Below are positions 12,901 through 28,135 of a stretch of 64,000 nucleotides of DNA, piece after piece (the first letter of the stretch is position 1; each line of letters begins with the position of its first letter). The notes below the pieces were generated by a model. That model was not told where the DNA came from and ran no database searches. It saw only the letters and a list, made by a program, of their open reading frames with translations. Origin of the DNA: Octopus sinensis (Eukaryota); assembly GCF_006345805.1 (NCBI RefSeq), contig NC_042997.1, positions 125,922,001 to 125,986,000 of the forward strand. The letters run 5' to 3'. The position numbers were made by a program, and so were the translations under genes.

Positions 12901-15900
12901 TACATTCAACCACGTGCTTTCACACACCAACTTTCTCACCTATATATATATATATATACATATACACGACGGGCTTCTTTTCAGTTTCCGTCAACCAAAT
13001 CTACTCACAAGGCTTTGGTCAGCCCAAGACAATAGTAGAAGACACTTGCCCAAAGTGCCATGCAGTAGGACTGAACCCGGAACCATGTGGTTGGTAAGCA
13101 AGCTACTTACCACACAGCCACTCCATATATGATGGACTTCTTTTAGTTTCTATCAACCAAGTTCACTCACAAATCTTTGTTTGGTTCAGTGCTAGTGCAT
13201 AAGACACTCCAAGTGCCATGCAACTATGGTTATGAAGCAAACTTTTTATCTATTGTTTTTGGCTTCTGGTTGGTGTATTTTTTATTTTAACTTGGATTGG
13301 GAGTTGTCCTGTAGAGTATCCATATGAAATGATTGAGTGAGTTTTTAGGGTTATATATTTTCTTTGTTTTTTGATTCGACCTATTTTAGAGATGGTATGA
13401 ATATATATATATATTAGATTATTACGTTACATTGGATAAATATATCATGCCTGTACCTGTATGGATTTTGTTTATTTTTTTTCCCATGTGGGTCACATTT
13501 TTCTGAAATATTTTAAGTACATTACTGCAGTGTCTAAGTTGGTTGTGGTGTTATTGTAAACCATATTTCAAATTTTTTTGTAGACTGGTTCAGTAGATTT
13601 TGAGATCTATATCTTTGATTTCTATATTGACATGTGTTTAGGGGATGAGAGGAGAGTTGATGGATTGTGAGCTGCTGGCTCTCCAGACTTCAGTCAAACT
13701 GTCCAACTTGTGCCGGAATGGAAAACGGACATTAAATGATGATGATAATTATGGTTGTAGTGGTTAGGTATGTGAGACTTCAGTCAAACTGTCCAACTCA
13801 TGCCAGTATGGAAAACGGACGTTAAACAATGATGATAATGATGGTTGTAGTGGCTAGGTATGTGAAGCTGAAGGTAACATCTGAGGAGAAATTATATTTA
13901 GTTTGGTGAGGTATGTTCTGTGCTAAAGTGAATGTGAAGATAGTTAAGTTTTGATGCTGCTGTCTCCTCTTGTATTATCTGTATTGTTTATCCCTCAAGA
14001 TGTATTGGATGCATTAAAATCTTCTGTTTGGGAGAGTGGTCATAATGTTATAGTTGGAATGTGTAAACTATTGATATTGTTGGTGTTGGTATGTGTTATG
14101 CTGATTTATAGTTTGTATGTTTACATTTCAGTATTTGGCAGTCATTTATGGAATCAGGATTTTATGTATGAAGTCTCTAAAATAGTTAGGCCAATTCTGC
14201 TTTATCAAGGAGTAATTAATAAAATGTGTCTGTTTAGAACAAAATGTATTAGGTATCACCAGTTAAGCGCTCAACTTGGGGTATTGTTCAAAATCTTAAA
14301 AAGATGTTTAAGGATTTAACAGAGCCAAGAGAGTAGTTAGTGAGACTGGAATGATTATATTGTGATTATTCCAGATGTAATAATTCCATTCTCTCTTATA
14401 CTTTATCAAGGATTATTTAGTGTTTAGAGGTGTTGTTCTGCATTGAAATATTGTGAAGAAAATTTTATTTCCTAACATACAGGAGCTAAAATTGTATGGT
14501 TTATATTTATGAATGAAATGCTGGAATTCCTGAGTCTAGTTTGTTTTGCATGAAGCTAAGGTATTGAAAAAAGGGGCTAACAGCAATACTTCCAGTTTTT
14601 ATTGATGTATGATTAGTAATTTGTGTATATGATGTTTAAGTGGTTGTGCATGCTTATTTTCCTGGAATGGACTTTTCAATGATTTTTACAGCCTGTTTTT
14701 TTATTCATCACTTCCTCTGACTATTCTTGTGTTGCAATTTCATAATTTTAAAGCTAACAACATTTTCTTTTCTAGCAAGTGGTTGGTGTTAGATAGGACA
14801 TCCAACCATAGAAACTATACCAAAACTGGAATATACTAGTGAAACATGGTCCTCTGACTTGCCTAAGATGTCAGTAATCTAAATTAGAACTGATTTAGGC
14901 CATGTCAACTTGTTCCACTTGTGCTAACAGTGAAAGCAAATATAAAAGGATGAGGAGGATATCCCAAGCTAATTTGTTTAGTATATTCATCTATGGAGAT
15001 ATGCTGTGACTGCGAAGACCCAACAAATGAAGTGAGTTCATGACTCGCAGGACGGCCTGCTGTGCTTACCTTGAATTGTAGGGTGACCTGCTGTGCTTGA
15101 GGAGACCTATTGAGTCAAGTACTTCAACTTCAACATCAAAATAAAAATCAAATGGAAATTGTAGTTGTGATACCCGTGCCAGTGACACATAAAAAGCACC
15201 GTGGCTGATGCCAGCGCTGCCTTGACTTCCATCTGTGCTGGTGGCGCGTAAAAAGCACAAACCGATCATGGCCGTCGCCAGCCTCCTCTGGCCCCGGGCA
15301 TCCAGCTGTAGAAACACTGCCAGATCAGACTGGAGCCTGGTGCAGCCTCCTGGCTTCCCAGACCCCGGTCAAACCATTCAACCCATGCTGGCATGGAAAA
15401 CAGACATTAAACGATGATGATGATGATGTGACAGAAGGGTGAGATTTAGTTACTATTTTTAGCAGGTTGACAAATAACAAAGAGCTCCCTCTTTGGTTCA
15501 ACTAATGCAACATTTACATTGTTATATTTAACAATTTCAATTATATTTATTTTATTTCATCAACTTGAGACTTATAAAAAAAAAACACAACTAATATCAT
15601 CATCGTTTAACATCCACTTTTCATGCTTACGCAGATGGGAGAGAATTTGCTGTAGCTGACTTTCTACAACCAGATGCTCTTCCTGTTACTGACTCACCTG
15701 TTTCCAAGCAAAGAAAAATTTCTCCATGGCTAGATGTTTTTCATGGAAATCCAGAAACTAACATCATTTATATGATGATGCTTGTTTGCAACCACCACAC
15801 ACACAAACTCTCTCTCTCTCTCTCAAACAAACAAACAAACAAACACACTCATATGACAGGCTTCTTTCAGTTTCTGTTAACCAACTTCACACATGAGACT

Positions 15901-16482
15901 TAATTGGATCCAGACCATTGCTACACAATGGACTGATCCCAAGACATGGTTGGGAAGCAAGCTTGTTAACCACATAGCTATACTTATGGCTGTGTGAAAT
16001 GGAATATATTTTCTGTTTCAATCATCATCATCATTTAACGTCCGCTTTCCATGCCAGCATGGGGTGGACGATTTGACTGAGGACTGGCAAACCAGATGGC
16101 TGTACCAGACTCCAATCTGATCTGGCAGAGTTTCTACAGCTGGATGCCCTTCCTAACGCTAACCACTCCAAGAGTGTAGTGGGTGCTTCTACATGCCAGT
16201 CAGGCGGTACTGGCAATGGCCACGCTCAAATGGTGCTTTTTATGTGCCACCTACACAAGAGCCAGTCCAGCAGCACTAATCCTTGTTTCCACACTTGAAA
16301 CTTCTCCTCTAGTTCTGATAATGACTCAGCAATTAGAGCACTATCGGAAGTTTCAAATATGGAAACAAGGATTATAATCGAAGGGCCTTAGGGTTAACCT
16401 AGCTAAAACCAAAAAATACAAATAAAAATGTTTTACAATGAAAATGTACAGACAAGGTTAAAATGTTATATACAGAATAAGT

Positions 16483-19400
16483 TTTATTTAAAATTATTTT
16501 ACATTATTAGCAATACAGGATAAAGCATAAATACATATATAAGGATGTGAAAATTAAAAACCTTCTATTATTATCTAAGCATCATGTTAAAAAATAAAGA
16601 TGGATTTTGTAAAAAGACACAGATGGTCAGAATCTACCCAGCTTGTCAAAACACATAATTCCTCACCTACTAGAATGTTATCAAGATAACTGAACAGAAT
16701 TTGATAGAAAGAAGAGATGACAAGAATATTTAGCAGAAAGACTCATAAGTTATTTAGCATTGGCTTGGTGGATTTAACCTACACATCCCACTTAAAATGG
16801 GATGAGCTACAATTCTCCCAAAGGAATTGCTGGTACTCATCAACATCTGAATACAGAAACCCAACACAGCACATCTTTTGAGTATCACAAGCAACATTTT
16901 TAAAGATGGTATAAATGTATGTATTTGTTTAATCCATACATGGCTCAAATTAGCTCTGTGTGATGATGGTGGTAGTGGCGGTGGTGGTGGGAAGGGAGAT
17001 TTCAAATGAAATTACTTGTTAATTAGAAACAACTAATTGACAAATATATTTCAAGGCCAACACAAAAGACATTGACAAGGAACATGTTCTCATGCTGTCA
17101 CTTTAGAATTCCTGCTTTAAAATATCCATGCACCATATTCCTTTTCTAATGTTGAAATATTATCTAAAAAACAAAAAAGAAAAGTAACTGCTATCTCTCA
17201 ATCCTAGAACAGAGCTGTAATCAACCGACACCTCAGTATGACCACAACCATTATTTATCACAGAGAAGAAAAAAAACTAAAACTAGAAATATTAAATCTA
17301 AGTGAATTCAAAATATCTTTCCTATTTTAATTTTAACAAAAGAACTTTTCTAAATATATTTTACAGAACTTTTTCGCCATTTTAAAATTTACCTGAATCC
17401 ACCAGAGAATAGTTTACAAGGAGTATCTAGATGTATTGATTTAGTTATGTCATATAATTGAGTGACAGAGTTCTACAGGTCAGTTACATCCCTCAAAGAC
17501 ATTTCTTCCCTAAAATTTGGTGGATTATTTTTTTGGAGTGACACGGGAACAGGAGTAGAACATCAGAAAAATTATACAAATGTGAAAATCATTACGGACG
17601 TCAATAAAAACTTGATTTTATTGTAGATTGGAACTCTTTGAATACTTTGTAACTGCTATTGCTCAAGAGCCCAGGAGGAGGGTAAAGTTGTATACAAGGA
17701 CCCAGGTATGAGAGGGTTAAATTATTAAAAACACTTCAGTGTTCTCTTAACAAAGTTAAGTTTACACTATATCCAGGTATTTTAATCCAAACATCATTTT
17801 CTCCATCAGTTTGGAATCTTCAAAATATCAACGGATACCTCATAGGTAAGAGAATGCAAATAAAAATGCAGTCTGATCAGTGGGAATACAAGTCCTGGAA
17901 ATACAACCTCCACTTGCCCTCATTTTGCCAACATGATGAAGTAATTGACATATCTTCAGATCAAGCAGTACAAATAGATGCAGAAAATGAGACATGAATT
18001 GGATTAAATAGACCTACGTAAATCAAATTTACCAGTTCTTATTTGGAGAGGTCGTGATAGTGGTGGCAATAGAGACATAACATAATCCAATGACCCTTCA
18101 CAGAAGCAGTTCCAGTTCTATTATTATAGATTACAAGACGGTTGTTCTTCCCTAAAACTAAACTTATAAAGTGTCAATTTAAAATCAGACTTGAAATCAA
18201 GAACAAGAAAAGTGGTCTAGTGTTTGAAGCTATATCTCTGATGGACCATATATATAGCTAACAGGGCTTTCCTATTTTCCTATTATGTCTGAAAAAAATA
18301 AAATAAAAAAGATGGTAGATCACAATTGGAATGATTTTAATCATAGCTCTGCTCAATCATCAGGTTTGACCTTGAGTCAAGCAACAAAAATACACACACC
18401 AAGATCATGATACACTGTTATGCCTTGATTTACTTCTTTTATCCTAATAAATTACTTTAGAGGAATAATTCATAAATGAGAGTGTCTCAACTAAACGCAT
18501 AAGAGAAATTAAATGTTGGTGTTATTGGCAACAATATATACAAGATTAGCCACAGCAAGAAGAGAACCAGTTTCAAAGCTGGTTACGGTAATAGTAGAAG
18601 CAGGAGATACTAAGTGCAGAAAATGTGGCCGCACTTGGAATTTACTTGTACAGGTAGTTCTACATGTGTGGTAATTATGGGATGTACACAATGTAAAATA
18701 CCCATTTACAGATCAATTGTTTTTTTTTTTCTTTTAAGGCACAGATATTTGCAAGTGGCATAGCCAAAGAAAGACAGCATGTAGCATAAACAAAGAAAGA
18801 TGGCATGTGACAGTATAAGAGCCACTGTGCATCTCACTGTCCCCCACCCACCACACCCCCATATATTGAACTAACTAAATTTCTGTAAAATGGACACCAC
18901 ATTATTGTGGTCATGACAATACAATATACAGACATCAAGTTTATCTACAATTTAGAATTAATGATCCAATGAAAATGGTTCAAATGATAAGAGAAAGGAG
19001 GATATTTAAGTGCCATAAACAAACAGTACAGGGATTTAAAATTAGGAGCACAACAGTCAATCTCAAAAGTATAAATTCTCCACAGTCACTCAAAATAATT
19101 CTAGAATACAGAATTTATATTTTCTCATTTGAAAACCAAAAATATATATATAAAAAAAAAATTTCATTTCGAAATATCACGAAAATATTTTCAATTAACA
19201 AAATGTCTAAATGAAATGAAACTAATTATCTTCATTTCACAAAAGAATGCATCAAAAAGTGGGGCTGATAAGGGAAAGATTGAACAAGCAGTTCAGTTCT
19301 AAGTGAAAACTAGCAAACGTAAGCATGAAAATCAGATTGTAACGAATATCAAATAAACCAGATGCAAATACCAAATAAAATGAAAAAGAGAACAAAATTA

Positions 19401-19898
19401 AATAATTAGTGTTTTAAACTTGGTTCATACATTCAGAACTGGACCAATTACATACCAAGGAAAAGATGAATATATCTCACACACACACACTATATTCACA
19501 ATCATAGGTGCAGGTATAAATATGTGAATGTTTGTTTAATCTGTATGTATGTTTATATATATACATGTACATTGACATATATGCACATAAATTTATTTTT
19601 TTTCTCATGTATATACACATATATTTAACATATACTTTTACATATACTTCTATATATAAATACATACACATATATACACTTAAGACAGAGAAGCACGCAT
19701 AAAACATGGAATCTACAAACATATATTTAGTTTGATAAAACTACCCCTTGGTGTAAAAATAAAATTGTTGTTAGTTTGTTTTATCATTTATTATCAAGGT
19801 AGAGATTGTTTCAAATAAAATCTATGATACTGTGACTTTAAGGACACATATCTGAACCAAGTTATATAGTAAACAACCCCTTCACAATGGTGCTACAA
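16483..19898 (-). other. Putative long SREBP 3' UTR with a candidate AATAAA at 16483-16488 (minus)
   Basis: About 3.4 kb downstream of the stop has no recognisable SINE/LINE copy, in a window otherwise dense with them. Repeats resume just past the AATAAA. The endpoint is inferred. Confidence 0.4.
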
Positions 19899-20209
19899 TT
19901 AGCACTTAACAGCCTGTGGTATAGGATAATTGGACAGTTGTGCAACTGAAGGAACCAAGTCTGGCTTGTATTGGTGTTCTTCAAGAGTTTTTAACAAACT
20001 CTGACACATATTTACAGCACGTTTGTCCTGCAGCGTGCCATAAAGATGTGCCGCTTCTTCAACCATCTGTCTGCGACTCAGATTGTGTCCACCAATTGTT
20101 TCGCTTGTGGATGTGGCAGTCGGTAGGTGACAGCTGGCCAGGATCAATGCAGATGCCTCATCATGATTGCCAAAGTGACTTTTATTGTCATGATTCGAGC
20201 TGCTTTCAT
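19899..20209 (-). CDS. SREBF: SREBP last coding exon including the stop codon
   Basis: Reads DESSSNHD...EASALILASCHLP...RRQMVEEAAHLYGTLQDKRAVNMCQSLLKTL...AVKC*. Acceptor ctaccag|. Phase 1 matches the previous donor. Confidence 0.92.
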
Positions 20210-21303
20210 CTGGTAGTTGGAAAAATAAAAAATAAAAAATAAACAATAACTTTCATTGTTATTTAAAACACAATAATAAGTAGTAAATTAAGAAATCACA
20301 TAAAACAATCAACATTTTAGTCAACATCATCAATCATGAATTTTTACGGTCCAATAGATAAAACTTCACTAACCAACATATAACCATCACTCACTCACCA
20401 ATATACATGTGGGGTGGTGAGGTGCATGCTCATGTTTCTACCTGATTGATAAATCTTCACTGATTAACACAGCATAAAGCAAAAAATGATCAATATGTCA
20501 GTAGAAGCACAATCACTCTGGCCTTGACAATACTGATGATCTTGTCCTCCCAGCAAATCAACTGTGTAATATGCAAGATTTGTTGAGATCCCTTGAGAAT
20601 GCTGCAGCCAAGACCAGTCAATGAAGTTGAATGCTATCAGCCAATTTGTTCTAACAAAGGCACACAAATCAAGGAGCTCAGTGATGGAGGAATATAGCTG
20701 ATTTAATAAACTCAACATTTGATCAGAGCGGAAAGCAAGGCTAACCACAGTGGAATCTGAACTCAGAACATAAAGCCTATCCAGACTCATGGGCCCGGTT
20801 TCCCAGTTTCTGTGGCGTATGTGTTCCCTGCAGCTGGATGGGACGCCAGTCCATCACAGCGTTTCTGCCAATAATAATAACTCTAATTTTTGGCACAAGG
20901 CTAGCAATTTACAGGAGAGGGGGAAGTTGATTACATTGATCCTAATGTTCAGCTGGTACATATTTCATTAACACTGCAAGGATGAAAGGCAAAGTTAACC
21001 TCAGCATCATTTGAACTCAGAATGCAAAAAAGGATGAAATACTGCTTAGCATTCTGTCCAGCATGCCAACAATTCACTTGCCACCTTTTTAATAATCCTT
21101 TCTATTATAGGCACAAGGCCTGAAATTTTGGGGGATGGGGAAGTTGATCACATCAATGCTAGTACTTGACTGGTACTTAATTCATCGATCTCGAAAGGAT
21201 GAAAGGCAGAGTCAACCTCGATGGAATTTGAACTCAGAACATAGCGGCAGGCAAAATACTGCTAAGCATTTAGCCCAGCATGTTAACACCTTCTTCTTCT
21301 TCT

Positions 21304-21336
<33 letters not shown>

Positions 21337-21595
21337 TCTTTCTACAATAGCACAAGGTCCAAAATTTGTGGAGGAAGGGCGATTTGATTGCACCGAGTCC
21401 AGTGTGCAACTGGTACTTATTTCATCAACCCTAAAGGGATGAAGTCAACACTGGTGAAATATGAACTCAGAACATAAAGACAGATGAAATACCGCCAAGC
21501 GTTTTGTCCAGTGTACCACTGATTCACCCAGCTCACTACCTTCTTCTTAACAACAACAAAAAAAAAGAAAGACAGAATGATCTGCAATAGAATAC

Positions 21596-21704
21596 CTTCT
21601 TTTCCTTTTCCAGCACGTCTACGAAGACTTTGATCTAATAGTTGTTGAGTACGATATGGATTGGCACCAACCATGATACGTGCTGTGGCCTCGTAAAGAA
21701 ATAC
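21596..21704 (-). CDS. SREBF: SREBP penultimate exon
   Basis: Reads [36 protein letters not shown], matching the conserved VFLHEAT-R-MAGA-P-RT-QLL-SLRRR motif. Confidence 0.96.
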
Positions 21705-23084
21705 CTAAAATAACAGAGAGAGAAAGAAAAAAAAACAATATTTATAAACACCTTGAATTAAGTCAGTAATCAGCACAGGTGAAAAGTAAATTTGATATGA
21801 CAGAAGAAATAGGTCGTTACTCTTTAGTAAAATTTTGAATAAGGAATAGGAAAAAAAAAACACTAGTCAAATTAGTCATTGATATAACATCAATTACATA
21901 GTTTTGCAAATTTTGTGGGTCAGGAAGTAACATGCCAATAGACATACTGTGATGAAATATTCTTGCAAGAGATGACAGATGGAGGGAGTCCATAAACAAG
22001 CAACTTCACAAGAAAATTCTTATTTCAGACATCATGAAAAATTTAGATATTTCAAGAACATCATCATCAAGTGAGTCATTTCTTTCATTTGTTTCAGTCA
22101 TTTGACTGCGGCCATGCTGGAGCACCACCTTTAGTCGAGCAAATTAACCCCAGGGCTTATTCTTTGTAAGCCTAGTATTTATTCTATTCTTGCCGAACCG
22201 CTAAGTGACGGGAACGTAAACACACCAGCATCGGTTGTCAAATGATGTTGGAGGGACAAACACAGACACACAAACATATACATACACATATATATATATA
22301 CATATATACACAATGGGCTTCTTTCAGTTTTCATCTACCAAATCCACACACAAGGCTTTGGTTGGCCCGAGGCTATAGTAGAAGACACTTGCCCAAGGTG
22401 CAACACAGTGGGACTGAACCCGGAACCATGTGGTTGGTAAGCAAGCTACTTACCACACAGCCACTCCTGCGCCTAGTTAATACATTTAATGAAAAGAGAA
22501 TTAAAACATGTTAACTTGATTTCACTGACTTTTGGAAAGCTCTTCAGACAATTCAGATTATTGTATAAGAAAACTTACAATTAAACTTTGGTCAAAAGAT
22601 AAAGCAAATCAAAGAATTGATTCAATATCATACACTTAGTTGGGTGCAGTGTGAGAGGATATAATATATTATGAACAGTTTGCTGTGTAACTTGTTTCTG
22701 TATGTTTTAAAGTGACAGATTACAGTGAAATAATTTCAAGTGTTTGAGGAAGGCAGGGGAACCCAGCAGAGAGCTTGCATATTTTGAGGAAATATATTGC
22801 AGATGTCCCCGTGTTCTATGGACATGACAGGAGATACTGAATTTTAGCATGGATCTGGATACATGGGTCTCAGTGGGAATAGTGCGACTAGCACTTGTAC
22901 AACTCACATGGTGTCAGGAGTGGTAGGCATGGAGTTTCTAAAAAATACATACTTTTAGTATGGTTCCTTTAATTCTTCTTGCTACTCTGAACCAAACCAG
23001 TGGTTCTAAGTATAACATAACAGTCAAATCTAGATATCATATCAATATGTGATAAATAAATAAAATACAAAAAAAACCTTTTAC

Positions 23085-23261
23085 CTTTTTCAGTGCATGT
23101 TTCATGGTATGAGTAACACGACGGAGGCAATATAAATCTTGCTGGAATGCAATAATATGCGAGTGTGGTGGCCTGGTATAACTTGGATCCTGGCTCTGAC
23201 GTTGTTGCCAAAGTTCTCGACGAGTACGAAGAAGGAAATCACATGTCAACAATTGGATGCC
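23085..23261 (-). CDS. SREBF: SREBP exon (C-terminal domain)
   Basis: Reads GIQLLTCDFLLRTRRELWQQ...AFQQDLYCLRRVTHTMKHALKK, with the QLLTCD-LL-R-LWQ and FQ-DL-LRR motifs. Confidence 0.95.
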
Positions 23262-26200
23262 CTGTAGTAATATAACAATTGTTACATTCATATATCAGAC
23301 ATTGGAGGAGGTCGAGAGAGAGAAAATCAAACAAACAATTTAAATTTCTTTCTTAAATATCAAGTCATATTACTTTTGGTATTCTTGTAATAGAACCATT
23401 ATTTAATACATGTGGAATGAAGCAGCTGCAGCTAACACAAATTTTTAATCATATCCTTAAAAAAAGTCTCTGATTGATTAACAAACTTTCACTCCCCAAC
23501 ACACTGCAAACCAAGACTACTGAAGTGTTGTGTCTCCCTCTGTCTCTTTCACTGCTACTACAACAGTTCCTGCTCCTCCGAGTAAACCACCTGTGATCAT
23601 TACCCCACCAAGCCCCATTCAATACATCAACCTAAGCTTCATCTGTCATCCTTGTTTATGTGTGTCTCAGCTCTGAAAGACCTGGCACTGAACATTTCAC
23701 CTAATCTGTCATCCCTCTCCTGCCAACTTACCCTACAAGTCTCAACCTACAGAATAACAATTGACTTCACTTATCTGGAAAGGTCTACATAGGCTATGAG
23801 CCCTCTGCTCTTCCTTGCAGTATATAACAAAAACTTATACTCAGTGGGTGGGAAGGTAATTAAAACAAGAGCTAAACTTTCTTTAATCTATCTACAAAAC
23901 AACAACAATAATTTAAAATATGAACTATGTTATATCACAGGAAATGGAAAAAATTTTAACTGGTTCTATAACATCTTTATTTATTTGAACTTGAGACATT
24001 TATTTCTTAATAAAAGCAATTACATGCACTGGTGGCTTAATGGATTAATACAGGTTTCTTAGAAATAAGGGTTCAGAGCTCATATTCAAATTGAGAAAGT
24101 ATATATATTTAGAGATATGATCTCTTATACTGACCAAGAGAACAAACTGATCAAGTTGTTTTGTAAATAGAAACACAAAAGATGAAGTTAATAGTTCAAC
24201 AAATTTTATTTATACAAAATTAAAAGCTTATGAGAGAATATGTGCACCCACTAAATATATAACAGAATTCTCAGAGTGCATCTAGCCATTTCTTAAAGAT
24301 AACTAAAACCAGTAGCTTAGTTTGACAAATTTCTCATAGATTTTATATATAATAACAAGATTGGTTGTTAGCCAACACTACACCTGATTTTTTCCCCTCC
24401 ATACACACGCAAGCATGTATCTGAATCATACACTGTTCACTTCCCAGACATTTGTACATTACTGCATATGCTTTATATGCACTTTTAACAAGTTGTGGTG
24501 CACCTGAGCACTGTATACAGTAATTTCATTATTATTAGTAGTAGTACAGATAATTAACATACTGTAAAAACAGTATACAGAGTAACTAAAAAACTGAAGT
24601 CCCTTACACCACTTTCTGTAAATAGTAAAAGGGATTCAAAAGAAGCAGACCTCATTTCCACCCTATGTCAAAAAACAGTTAGTGAAACAGACAAATTTCA
24701 ATTTTATGATATTTTTGCAATCATACAGGATGTAAAGTGTGAATGAGAAAGATAAGATCCTTGACTTGTCAGTACCTGTATTTCTGGATTGATACTGTAT
24801 CAGCAGGTAATAAAGAAAGGTGTGGGAAAAAAGAACAACTGCTCAGCAAGTGGATGATATATTTAGAAAGAGAAACCCAACCACTCAAAACAAAGCAGCT
24901 GATTCCATACAATAAGGTTAATTCAGTTCTATAAATACAAAATGTTCATTATAGTGTTCATGAGAGCACAAAGGGGATGGGGCAGAGACATGAAGTGGAA
25001 ATATTCATACATTCCCAAAGTATACCAATATTAATGGAGCAATTCCAACCAGAGGTTAAAATAAGGTCATGAATTTGGTTCACCAATAAAATGGGTAAGA
25101 CGGTTTGACTGTTGTTAGTTCCTACCTTATTAATATACAGAGGTAGAGCCAACTGCTCTGGATTTAAAATCTCAGAGACTAATGAGAAAAAAACAAGACC
25201 ATTTCATCTGGTATTCTACTATTTCTGTCGACTCCAGTTTGTAAGAAGCATTTTCCCATTATCATCTGTTACGGGACTATCAAATATGCCCAAAACAAAC
25301 AGATTCTAATCCTAATGAAATATTGTGGACAATAACTTCTTAAAAAGATAAATCAATGCTGTGAGACCTTGCATTTCCACACTCTACAAACCTAAAAGCA
25401 GCACTCAACAGTTTTAGAACACAAACTTCAGAGCGTCAAACTAATCAAGGGAAACAACCATTCCGTTCACACATTTTGTCCTGGTAATTTTTGATGATCT
25501 GTCTGGTTGTCTCACTGAAAATCTAATTAAAGGACATAAATATAAAGCTCATTTTGAAAACAGATCGCAACTCTTGTATTTTTTATCAAAGATTTGACAC
25601 TGGTATTCAAAAAACTTTCGATAAAATTATAAATTTTCAGACTAATAACCTCAACTCAAAAAATAAGAAAAAGTTTTTACGCACACATAAGGATACACAT
25701 CTTGGAAGAACAGAATGGACTAAATGAAACAAGAGCACACACGAAAACGAAAAGTGCCACTGAAGAGGTACAGATGTGTGGTGAAAGATTTCTGGACAAT
25801 GGACATGAGTTAAAATTTTAAAAAATAAGAACAGTAATAAACGAGTAAAGAACAAATATATAATGTGTGTGTTTCATCATCATCATCATCATTTAACATC
25901 CACTTTCCATGCTGGCATGGGTTGGACAGTTTGGCTGAGGACTGGTGAGCCAGAAGGCTACACCAGGCTCCAATCTGATCTGGTAATGTTTCTACAGCTG
26001 GATGTCCTCTCTAACACCAACCACTCCAAGAGTGTAGTAGGTGCTTTTACATGCCACCGGCACGAGGGCCAGTTAGGCAGTTTTGACAATGACCACACTC
26101 AAAAGGAGTTTTTTACGTGCTACCTGCACAGGAGCCAGTCTGGCAGCACTGGCAACGACCACACTAGAATGTTGTTTATTTTGAAAAAAAAAAAAAAGAC

Positions 26201-27389
26201 CATCTCAAAATACAATAGATTTAATATATCTCATCTTTAATCTTTTATTCGTGCGTCATTAGACTGCGGCCATGTTGGGGCACCACCTTGAAGAATTTTA
26301 ATCAGACCAATCGAACCCAGGACATTTTTTAAAGACTGGTAATATTCTATCAGTCTCTTTTGCCAAACTGCTAAGTTATGGGGATGTAAACACATGAATA
26401 CAGGTTGCTAAGCAGTGAGGGAGAACAAACAACCATAAAGACATACATACATATATACACACGTATATGTATAAATAAATATATATATATAGTGTGTGTG
26501 TATATATAAATAAATATATATATATATGGCAGGCTTCTTTCAGTTTCCACCTATCAAATCCACTCATAAAATTTTGGTGGACTTGAGGTTGTAGTAGAAG
26601 ACGCTTGCCCATGATGACACGCAGTGGAACTAAACCCAGAACCATGTGGTTGGGAAGCAAATTTTTTACCAGACAGCCATGCATGTGCCTATATCTACAG
26701 GTTTAAATATAGAAACTTTTGTATCTGTAAAGATGAGATCAATCTTTTTGTAACCATATTTCTAATAAGAATATACTTCAATTTATTTTGAAAATAATCA
26801 AAATATTTTAGTAAAGTATTGTCATTAAGCTGGTGTTTGTTTGGAACATAAAAGTATCTTACTTAAAAATTACAATGGAATATTTAAATTAAATACAAAC
26901 ACTTTAACATGGGTGGTTTTGTATCATATAACCAGAGGCATTTCAAGCAGGGTGGGATCAAAAGGATTAATAGCTCAAAAGATTATAATCTTATTAACAA
27001 CTCATCTCAGACATCATCACAAAACTGTGGGAGAGAGGATGGTATTTTCAAACTGAAGATTTGATCTGAATGCCTGTGATGTTGTGGATTCCTCTAAAGG
27101 CTCCCCCAAGGTAACTCGCGGTATGTTAAACCAGGCAATGAATTAAGTTTACTACCCAAGTAGGCCATGGTGGTATTTAAACTAAGAATGCAAACAACCA
27201 GAATAAATACCACAAGGCATCTGATCCAACATTATTAGAGTTCTATTAATTCTCTGCACTAGATTGATCCATTTTATTGCGTGTAACTAAAAACTGTTTG
27301 ACATTTACTTCAATGCTCTGCCAATTTTGTCATAAAGGTAGGACAAAAATGGCTAGATGGCAGAGTCAGTAGAGCATCAGACTAAACAA

Positions 27390-28135
27390 CTCCCTCAGAG
27401 TGAAAGGCAGATTGTATGACACCTGTGTGCAAACAGCCATGCTACATGGCAGTGAAAAATAGGCTGTGACTGTAGATGACATGTGAAGGCCCAAAAGAAA
27501 TGAAGCTTGTATGCTTCACTGGATGTGCAATATCAGTGTGCACATATGACAGAGTGTGAGCATTTTGAAAGAAAGTTGGGCATAAGAGGCATCAGATGTA
27601 GAGTACAAGACAGAAGACTGCACTGGTATGGTCATGTGATGCATATGGATGAGGACAGCTGCGTAAAGAAGTGCTGACCTCTAGGCATGGAGGAAACCTG
27701 TGGAAGATGTAAACCCAGAAAGATGTGGGACGAGATGGTGAAGCGTGATCTTCAGATATTGAGTCTCAGGGAAGCGATGGACAAGTGACCATGACCTTTA
27801 GCGATTTGCTGTGCTTGAGAAGACAAGTCAAGCTAAGTTAAATCGTAGTCATGATCAGTGCCACGTAGTCATGCTAGTGACACATAAAAGGCACCTGTGC
27901 TGGTGACATGTGAAAGGCACCTGTGCAGGTAACACATTATATGCTCTCATGCTGGCAACAAGTAAAAGGCACTCAGTACACTCAGTGGAGTGGTTGGCAT
28001 TAGGAAGGGCATCCGACCATAGAAACCATGCCAAAACAGACTGAATCCTGATGCAGCGTGCTGGCTTACTAACCCCAGTCAAACCGTCTTACCCATGCTA
28101 GCATGGAAAATGGATGTTAAACGGTAATGATGATA
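27390..28135 (+). mobile_element. Degenerate RTE LINE 3' end
   Basis: Frameshifted homolog of the 55.3-56.1 kb ORF (RRLHWYGHVMHMDED), followed by the family 3' UTR. Confidence 0.8.

Noticed and set aside
13300-14760. Possible old retroelement ORF or another gene
   Set aside because: The composition is skewed, but I could not recover any motif or consistent reading frame by eye.
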